Origin: an uncultured Nitrospiraceae bacterium
GTDB taxonomy: Bacteria > Nitrospirota > Nitrospiria > Nitrospirales > Nitrospiraceae
Length of the DNA stretch: 64,000 bases
Assembly (NCBI GenBank): GCA_963720035.1
Contig: CAVREB010000016.1
Span: 87,756-151,755, forward strand
Reading direction: 5' to 3'
Program-made: the position numbers and the translations under genes
Notes under the pieces: model-generated
Database searches by the model: none
What the model was told of the DNA's origin: nothing
What the model saw: only the letters and a program-made list of their open reading frames with translations
Shown here: positions 58,662-64,000 of the stretch, in pieces
How the letters are laid out: each line of letters begins with the position of its first letter
How positions within the stretch are numbered: position 1 is the first letter of the stretch

Positions 58662-59761
58662 CTCAAGGCGTAATCTTTTACTTCGACCGGCTCCAGCTCA
58701 GGCAGGACGGTCAAAGAATCTCGCGATTCAATCATGATCGCGACCTCGTCCGTCTCTGTTTTGCCTTTGCTCGCTTCGACTGCCTGCGGTTGCGGTCCAT
58801 GGTGGATGCCCTGCGGATGCAACGTCAGCATTCCCGGTTGAATCCCTGCGCGGCTGAAAAAGTTCCCTTGGTGGTAGAACAGCACTTCGTCATAGTCCAT
58901 GTTGCGATGGTAAAACGGGACACGCAGCGCTTGTGGGTCGCTTTCTAAAGGACGTGGCGCGAACGTTGAGATGAGGGTCCCGCCAGCCTGAAAGGTCGCA
59001 TGGACACTAGGCGGGAGATGATAGCGGGCGCTCGTGACCGGTCGGAAGTCACGCACGTTGAGCTTGGCGACCCAAAGATCTCCCTTCCAGCCGACCACAT
59101 CCATCGGATAGAAGGGATAGACCAGGCTTGTGTATTCGCCGCGGCGCTTGATCCGCACCTCCCACTCGCCTGGGCCCCCCGCATGATCGTCCTGGCTTCC
59201 GTCCAGCTCAGGGGAACTGAGGACTCCTTTGTCAAACAAGGCATGGTGGCCGAGCAGGCCCCGATCCGGTATTTCGACCGGCTCAAGCGTTTCCACGATG
59301 AGGAACAAGGAGGGGCATGACTCTATGATGGTCCTGTAAGTGGTGCCTTTGGGGATGACGACATAGTCGCCCGGCTCGTAAGGTAACTGCCCGTAGTCGG
59401 TCTCGAATCGTCCTGAGCCGCGGTGAATAAAATGAATTTCATCACCGTCGCCATTGCGGACAAAGTAGGGCATTGTCTCGACGCGCTTTGAGAGAAATAC
59501 TCTCGCATCGTGGCTCCGGAGAATCTCGACCGGGCGGGCGTCACTGGACTGTTCGTCCTGGGTGGGAAGTGTCGCACAGACAAAGGCGCGGGGACGCAGA
59601 GGACCGTCGAGTCTCACCCAGTCCGTCGGAGGATGGGTCCGGTAGAGGTGTGAAGATGGGCCACTGAACCCACGGCGACCGTGTTCTTCTTCACATTGCC
59701 CCTCGGGGATCCCCACATGGGCTTGCTTGGGAACCTGACCTTTCTTCTGGAGGTACATCAC
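58646..59761 (-). CDS. hmgA: homogentisate 1,2-dioxygenase
   Basis: Cupin core NGDGDEIHFIHRGSGRFETDYGQLPYEPGDYVVIPKG, YHRNMDYDEV and LHPQGIHHGP follow the HGO pattern. Context with FAH and an HPPD-like gene agrees. Confidence 0.7.
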   Translation of the reverse strand: MMYLQKKGQVPKQAHVGIPEGQCEEEHGRRGFSGPSSHLYRTHPPTDWVRLDGPLRPRAFVCATLPTQDEQSSDARPVEILRSHDARVFLSKRVETMPYFVRNGDGDEIHFIHRGSGRFETDYGQLPYEPGDYVVIPKGTTYRTIIESCPSLFLIVETLEPVEIPDRGLLGHHALFDKGVLSSPELDGSQDDHAGGPGEWEVRIKRRGEYTSLVYPFYPMDVVGWKGDLWVAKLNVRDFRPVTSARYHLPPSVHATFQAGGTLISTFAPRPLESDPQALRVPFYHRNMDYDEVLFYHQGNFFSRAGIQPGMLTLHPQGIHHGPQPQAVEASKGKTETDEVAIMIESRDSLTVLPELEPVEVKDYALSWSRR

Positions 59762-59825
59762 GGGCCTCCCTGCTCATCTTAACCTGAAAGTCCCCCTCTA
59801 CCTCTTCCTCGACATGCGTACAGGA

Positions 59826-60419
59826 TCATGAAGCACGTTCTAGCGAGGGGAGCTCCTTTTTCACGGAAACGGGAGTCGTCTTGTAATCAATAATCGTCTG
59901 TTCCACGCCGGCAATTTGATCGCGTTCGATGTCTTTGTAAAGCGCTTCGACAGTCCCACGGACGAAGGTTCTGGCCGTTTCTTCGCCATGCTCCCTCTGG
60001 GTGAGTTCGAGGAAGAGACCGCTCGCGGGAAACAGAGGGTAGGTGAACCGTTGCTTGAGAGGCCCGAACCCGTCTCGGCCTTCCTTCAGAGGCCCGCTGA
60101 ATTGCACCCCGTGGGATTCCCATTCCCGGCTGACCGCTTCAATGTCCTCGACCTCGATGGCGACATGCTGGACGCCCTGTCCATACTTCTCAATAAAGTC
60201 GTTGATCTGTGACTTCAACTGCTTGTCGTTGCCTTGCATGAGAGCGATCTTTGCGTTCCCGCGCTGAACCACGACAGTATTCATGCTGGACTTCTCACTG
60301 CCAACGTCTCGCGCGGACCAGATCACCTCGAAGCCTAGAATTTTTGTAAAAAGATATTCAACAGCCTCGAGGTTCTCGACGCAGAGGGTAATGTGATCAA
60401 TCCCTATGTGCTCCTTCAT
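59826..60419 (-). CDS. VOC-fold dioxygenase, 4-hydroxyphenylpyruvate-dioxygenase-like (short form)
   Basis: AAGGAGGG RBS before ATG 60419. GIDHITLCVENL, GVQHVAIEVEDI and LFLELTQRE resemble HPPD/VOC motifs, but at 197 aa it is about half the length of canonical HPPD. Confidence 0.55.
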   Translation of the reverse strand: MKEHIGIDHITLCVENLEAVEYLFTKILGFEVIWSARDVGSEKSSMNTVVVQRGNAKIALMQGNDKQLKSQINDFIEKYGQGVQHVAIEVEDIEAVSREWESHGVQFSGPLKEGRDGFGPLKQRFTYPLFPASGLFLELTQREHGEETARTFVRGTVEALYKDIERDQIAGVEQTIIDYKTTPVSVKKELPSLERAS

Positions 60420-60589
60420 GATGAAGCCCTCCTTCTGAACCTGGAGGCGATTAATCGCGCAGGCCTTCGCTTCCTCCGGTGAAGCCCTTCCATGCCGTCT
60501 AATATAAACAACTGTTAGCAATTATTCAATATGAAATGAATATTAAACTGTTTCTTTCTTTGTCATATATTCAATCGTGATATGTTCGG

Positions 60590-60605
60590 TGGCATGCGAA
60601 ATGCT
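60590..60605 (+). promoter_or_regulatory. candidate sigma54 (-24/-12) promoter
   Basis: TGGCATGCGAAATGCT places GG and GC at the canonical 12-nt register (TGGCAC-N5-TTGCW). It lies ~130 nt upstream of the 60737 gene. Confidence 0.35.
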
Positions 60606-60736
60606 TGTTGAATAACGGAGATAACGAACTGTTAAAGGTGTTGCATGGACAATATGAAAAGTATATCATAGGCCCATCCGTTGTGGAGATTCGCGAGACG
60701 TAAGGACAAATTTGCTGTGGCGAGCGGAGGTGCATC

Positions 60737-61513
60737 ATGTCCTTCTATCAGGAAATGCGCCAGTATGTTCTGAGCCATGGGGCTATCAACAACCTGTACC
60801 TGGATCGTTTTCAGCGGGGTGACCTGACAGACGAAGAGTTCCATCAGTTCGCCGTCGAATTTTACAATTTTGCTCGGTTCTTCCCGAAGATTCTCGTGGC
60901 GCAACTCGTCAACACCGAAGACGAGACCGTGGCGAACGAACTGACGAAGGTTTTGTATTCAGAATTGGGTGATGGTCACACCAGCAGGCGGCACGAGTTG
61001 CTGTATCGCGATTTCTTGCGTTCGATCGGGAAGGATGTGCATGAGGCGATGACGCATCAGGTCCTTCCCTCAACAAAATCCTATATCGAAGGCATGGAAC
61101 AGCTCTACAGTAGTGGAAACCATGCCACTGCGTTGGGGGCGTCCTTTGGACTGGAGAATATGGCTATCACCATGTGGGACCTTTTAATTCCTGGACTGAC
61201 CGGTCTGCGAGCGACCCGCTACCCAACTATGGACATGACCTATTTTACATTCCACCGGGCCCTCGAGTCGGGTCACGAAGAAGCGATGAAGAAGGCTGTG
61301 GCTGCGATCGATGGGGACATCGACGCGGGATCCGGGGCCCTATCGGTGGAAGAACGGGATGACTTCCATCGCGGCGCCAAGGCGGTACTGGACTATCTCG
61401 AAGGGTTCTGGTTGGGGCTGGAAAAGTCGGGCGGTCAGCGTCGCCAAGCTGTGGGCGGGCTTGACGCGACCACAGGCGCGTTACATGAGGGGGCCAGGCA
61501 GCTAACGGGATGA
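60737..61513 (+). CDS. heme-oxygenase-like fold, iron-containing redox enzyme family protein
   Basis: All-helical 258 aa with E...H pairs (YSELGDGHTSRRHELLY; ALESGHEEAM) typical of the HO-like di-metal family. Tentative. Confidence 0.5.
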   Translation: MSFYQEMRQYVLSHGAINNLYLDRFQRGDLTDEEFHQFAVEFYNFARFFPKILVAQLVNTEDETVANELTKVLYSELGDGHTSRRHELLYRDFLRSIGKDVHEAMTHQVLPSTKSYIEGMEQLYSSGNHATALGASFGLENMAITMWDLLIPGLTGLRATRYPTMDMTYFTFHRALESGHEEAMKKAVAAIDGDIDAGSGALSVEERDDFHRGAKAVLDYLEGFWLGLEKSGGQRRQAVGGLDATTGALHEGARQLTG

Positions 61514-61531
61514 GACAGGCCGAGGGTTCGT

Positions 61532-63247
61532 ATGCAACGGTCCTGGATTAGCCAGTATGATTCTGGTGTTCCCGCCACCATTAATTATCAGGACCGGACT
61601 GTGCCGGATCTCCTGCGGCAGTCCGCCGCGCGTTTCACGGATTTTTCTGCGCTCCTGTTCTACGGCAAGACGATCTCCTATGGCGAGTTGGATGATCTGA
61701 CTACGCGCTTTGCTCTCGCGTTGCGTTCTCTCGGCGTGAGCCAGGGCGATCGGGTCGCCCTCATGTTGCCGAATATTCCACAAGCGGTGATCGGCTACTA
61801 CGGTGTGCTCAAGGCCGGGGCTATCGTTGTGCCCACGAATCCTCTGTATGTAGAACGGGAAATCCAGATTCAGATCATCGATTCGGGCTGCGACGCCATT
61901 GTCGCCTTGGACTTGTTCTATCCGCGCATCCGCGCCGTTCAAGAAAAGACGGGGCTCCCGAGACGGATCATCATTACCAGCCTCGGTGACTTTCTCCCAA
62001 CCGTGAAGCGGCTGATCTATCCCCTCAAGGCCTGGTGGGAAAACCGCTGGGTCTCTGTCGAGAGAAAGCCGCCGGTCTATGACTTTCTGGAGTTGCTCAA
62101 CAGGGCACCCCGAAAGGCTGAGAGGAGTTCTTCGCCTCTTCCACATGTTCAGCCAGGCGATCTGGCGCAGCTCCAATACACGGGAGGGACAACCGGAACG
62201 CCCAAGGGCGTCATGCTCACGCACCGGAACGTCGTGGCCAATGCTCTCCAGGGCCGGGCCTGGTGTCCGGATTTCCATGAAGGGAAGGAAATCTTTCTCG
62301 GCGCAGTGCCGTTCTTCCACTGTTACGGTCTGAGTACCTGTCAGAACCTGGCCATGGCTACGGGAGGTTCGATCATCCTATTCCCGCGATTCCATGCCGA
62401 TGAGGCAGTGAAAGCGATTCATAAGTACCGAGTCACCGTCTTTTCAGGCGTTCCGATGATGTTTTCGATGATCAGCGAGTTCCCAGGGGTCGGACGGTAC
62501 GATCTGCACTCACTACGTGTCTGTCTCTGCGGGGCAAGTCCTCTTTTGGCAGAGGTGCAGCAAGAGTTCGAACGGCTGACGGGTGTGAGGATTTCAGAGG
62601 GCTATGGATTAACCGAGGCCGCTCCTGCAACTCATTGCAACCCGATCTATGGAGAACACCCTAGCGGGTCGATGGGGCTTCCGTTTCCGGATACCGACGC
62701 ACGGATTGTAGATCGCGCGGCTGGATGTAGTGAGCTCCCGGCGGGAGAGGTGGGAGAGCTGCTCGTCCGTGGGCCTCAGGTGATGCAGGGATACTGGAAC
62801 AAAGAGGAAGAGACACAGGCGGTGTTGCAAGACGGCTGGCTCTGCACCGGCGACATGGTCAGGCGGGACGAGCGAGGCTTCTTCTTTTTCGTGGACCGCA
62901 AGAAGGACGTGATCAAGCCATGGGGAGAGACGGTCTATCCGCGAGAGGTCGAAGACGTCTTGATCCAGCATCCGGCCGTGAGAGAAGCGGTGGTCGTCGG
63001 GAGCCCCGATCGTCACTACGGAGAAGCGGTCAAAGCCTATGTCGTGACGAAAGATGGATGGCCTGTAACCGAGGGGGAACTGATTTCACATTGTGGCAAA
63101 TTGCTGGCGCGGTTCAAAGTTCCGGTTGCGATCGAATTCCGAAGCGAATTACCACGGACTTTCATTGGAAAGGTCTCGCGGCGCACTTTGCGCGATGAGG
63201 CAGTAGGGGCAATCCATGATGCATCGGTACAGCGCAGATCTCTCTGA
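61532..63247 (+). CDS. long-chain fatty-acid-CoA ligase
   Basis: AMP-binding motifs LQYTGGTTGTPKGVMLTH, GYGLTEA and WLCTGDMVRRDERGFFFFVDRKKD. Confidence 0.85.
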   Translation: MQRSWISQYDSGVPATINYQDRTVPDLLRQSAARFTDFSALLFYGKTISYGELDDLTTRFALALRSLGVSQGDRVALMLPNIPQAVIGYYGVLKAGAIVVPTNPLYVEREIQIQIIDSGCDAIVALDLFYPRIRAVQEKTGLPRRIIITSLGDFLPTVKRLIYPLKAWWENRWVSVERKPPVYDFLELLNRAPRKAERSSSPLPHVQPGDLAQLQYTGGTTGTPKGVMLTHRNVVANALQGRAWCPDFHEGKEIFLGAVPFFHCYGLSTCQNLAMATGGSIILFPRFHADEAVKAIHKYRVTVFSGVPMMFSMISEFPGVGRYDLHSLRVCLCGASPLLAEVQQEFERLTGVRISEGYGLTEAAPATHCNPIYGEHPSGSMGLPFPDTDARIVDRAAGCSELPAGEVGELLVRGPQVMQGYWNKEEETQAVLQDGWLCTGDMVRRDERGFFFFVDRKKDVIKPWGETVYPREVEDVLIQHPAVREAVVVGSPDRHYGEAVKAYVVTKDGWPVTEGELISHCGKLLARFKVPVAIEFRSELPRTFIGKVSRRTLRDEAVGAIHDASVQRRSL

Positions 63248-63268
63248 ATAGCTAACAAGGAGGTCTTC

Positions 63269-63690
63269 GTGAAAGAGGTTGTCATTGCCACCGGCGTGCG
63301 AAGGCTCATAAGTAACATTGGCAGCACGGTCAAGGAGGTTCCCGCTCACAAGTTGGGTGAACTGGTTGTCCGCGAAGTGATCACACCTGCCGACGTTGAT
63401 CCACAACTCATCGGCGAAGTGCTCGTGAGTTGTGTCGGGCAATCGAGCGATGCATCCAACGGCGCTCGTATAATCGGTCTTAAGGCGGGACTCCCGGCTC
63501 ATTTCCCTACGTATGCGGTCCAGCGCAACCGCTCCTCGGGGCTCCAATCCGTTCTCAACGCGTATCAGAATATCCGAAGTAAGACATAGAGGTGTAGGCC
63601 GTGGGCGGATGGAGAGCATGAATCGTGCGACGTTTGTAGCTATACACAAGCGGTGAGAGTCTCGCGGTGAGGATCTCGATGTGATGGAGA
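63269..63690 (+). pseudogene. thiolase relic (N-terminal ~140 codons, frameshifted and truncated)
   Basis: GTG-start ORF 63269..63589 is a thiolase N-terminus, but the active-site region reads QRNRSSGLQS (Arg where the catalytic Cys is expected). The GG-x-ESMS motif survives as GRMESMNRATF in another frame at 63609..63638. The remaining ~250 codons are absent. Confidence 0.7.
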
Positions 63691-63699
63691 GGAGGAGTG

Positions 63700-64000
63700 A
63701 TGACTGAGATTTCCGGTTATTTCGACGCGGTGAAGGATCGATATCACCTGAGCAGTGATTATACGCTCGCCAAGAAACTCGGCATCGCCCAGCCGGAGGC
63801 TAATTTAATGCGGCGAGGTTTGAAAATTCCAAAGCCGGAGCTCTGTATCAAGATGGCGAAGCTTCTCGAAAAGAATCCAGTCGAACTTCTTCTCATCGCA
63901 CAAAAAGACAAGGCGCCGCCTCAGGCCAAGGAATACTGGACACTGGCCCTCACCGCGGTGGACGTCATGTTGCATGTGCCCAAGAATCCCAAATACATCC
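63700..64000 (+). CDS. hypothetical HTH-like protein; 3' end lies outside the window
   Basis: GGAGAGGAGGAG RBS then ATG 63700. MTEISGYFDAVKDRYHLSSDYTLAKKLGIAQPEANLMRRG has an HTH-like pattern. The frame is open to the window edge. Confidence 0.45.
   Translation, partial: MTEISGYFDAVKDRYHLSSDYTLAKKLGIAQPEANLMRRGLKIPKPELCIKMAKLLEKNPVELLLIAQKDKAPPQAKEYWTLALTAVDVMLHVPKNPKYI

Noticed and set aside
1-64000. Looked for CRISPR arrays, rRNA genes, tmRNA / RNase P signatures, group II intron or retron features, and intact transposases.
   Set aside because: I found no regularly spaced short repeats. There are no rRNA-like conserved blocks and no GGGGCUGA...UCCACCA tmRNA ends. I saw no GAGGAAAGUCC RNase P core, no reverse-transcriptase YxDD motif and no DDE transposase ORF.

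Overview
GC-rich, compactly coded bacterial chromosomal window; I cannot assign a taxon without a database search. The window falls into six parts.
(i) 0-10.3 kb holds core genes: comM/yifB, a frameshifted clpB, and a histidine kinase-lipoprotein-NtrC-type regulator operon.
(ii) 10.6-23.5 kb is a lower-GC composite genomic island built up at a tRNA-Thr(UGU) gene. Its markers are copies of the tRNA 3' half, GGTAGCA dyad motifs, two pairs of long nested direct repeats, and a 5'-truncated, frameshifted tyrosine integrase. Its cargo is c-di-GMP-related: a degenerate REC-GGDEF protein and two PilZ proteins, one fused to a Fis-type HTH. It also carries a LuxR solo, a CBS protein, an alpha/beta hydrolase and several small orphan genes.
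(iii) 24.3-33.1 kb is a signalling block: a four-gene two-component cascade, three translationally coupled small Cys-rich ORFs, Crp/Fnr, a CBS protein and a ClpX paralogue.
(iv) 33.2-36.1 kb is an orphan minus-strand cluster with no family I recognise. It has two paralogous promoter-leader-N-terminus modules, a Zn-ribbon protein, a repeat-containing membrane protein and two mini-TM peptides. This is my best candidate for an undescribed system.
(v) 36.2-63.6 kb is a large catabolic supercluster. It covers the methylcitrate cycle (prpDBC), acyl-CoA ligases and dehydrogenases, a split B12 acyl-CoA mutase with an isobutyryl-CoA-mutase signature plus MeaB, beta-oxidation genes, the branched-chain 2-oxoacid dehydrogenase E1/E2 and homogentisate-pathway genes. 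Six single-base frameshifts cluster in 45.9-55.5 kb of this block.
(vi) At the window end a decayed thiolase relic abuts a new HTH gene.
I saw no rRNA, CRISPR array or intact transposase. All functional calls come from motif recognition in the supplied translations, not from searches.
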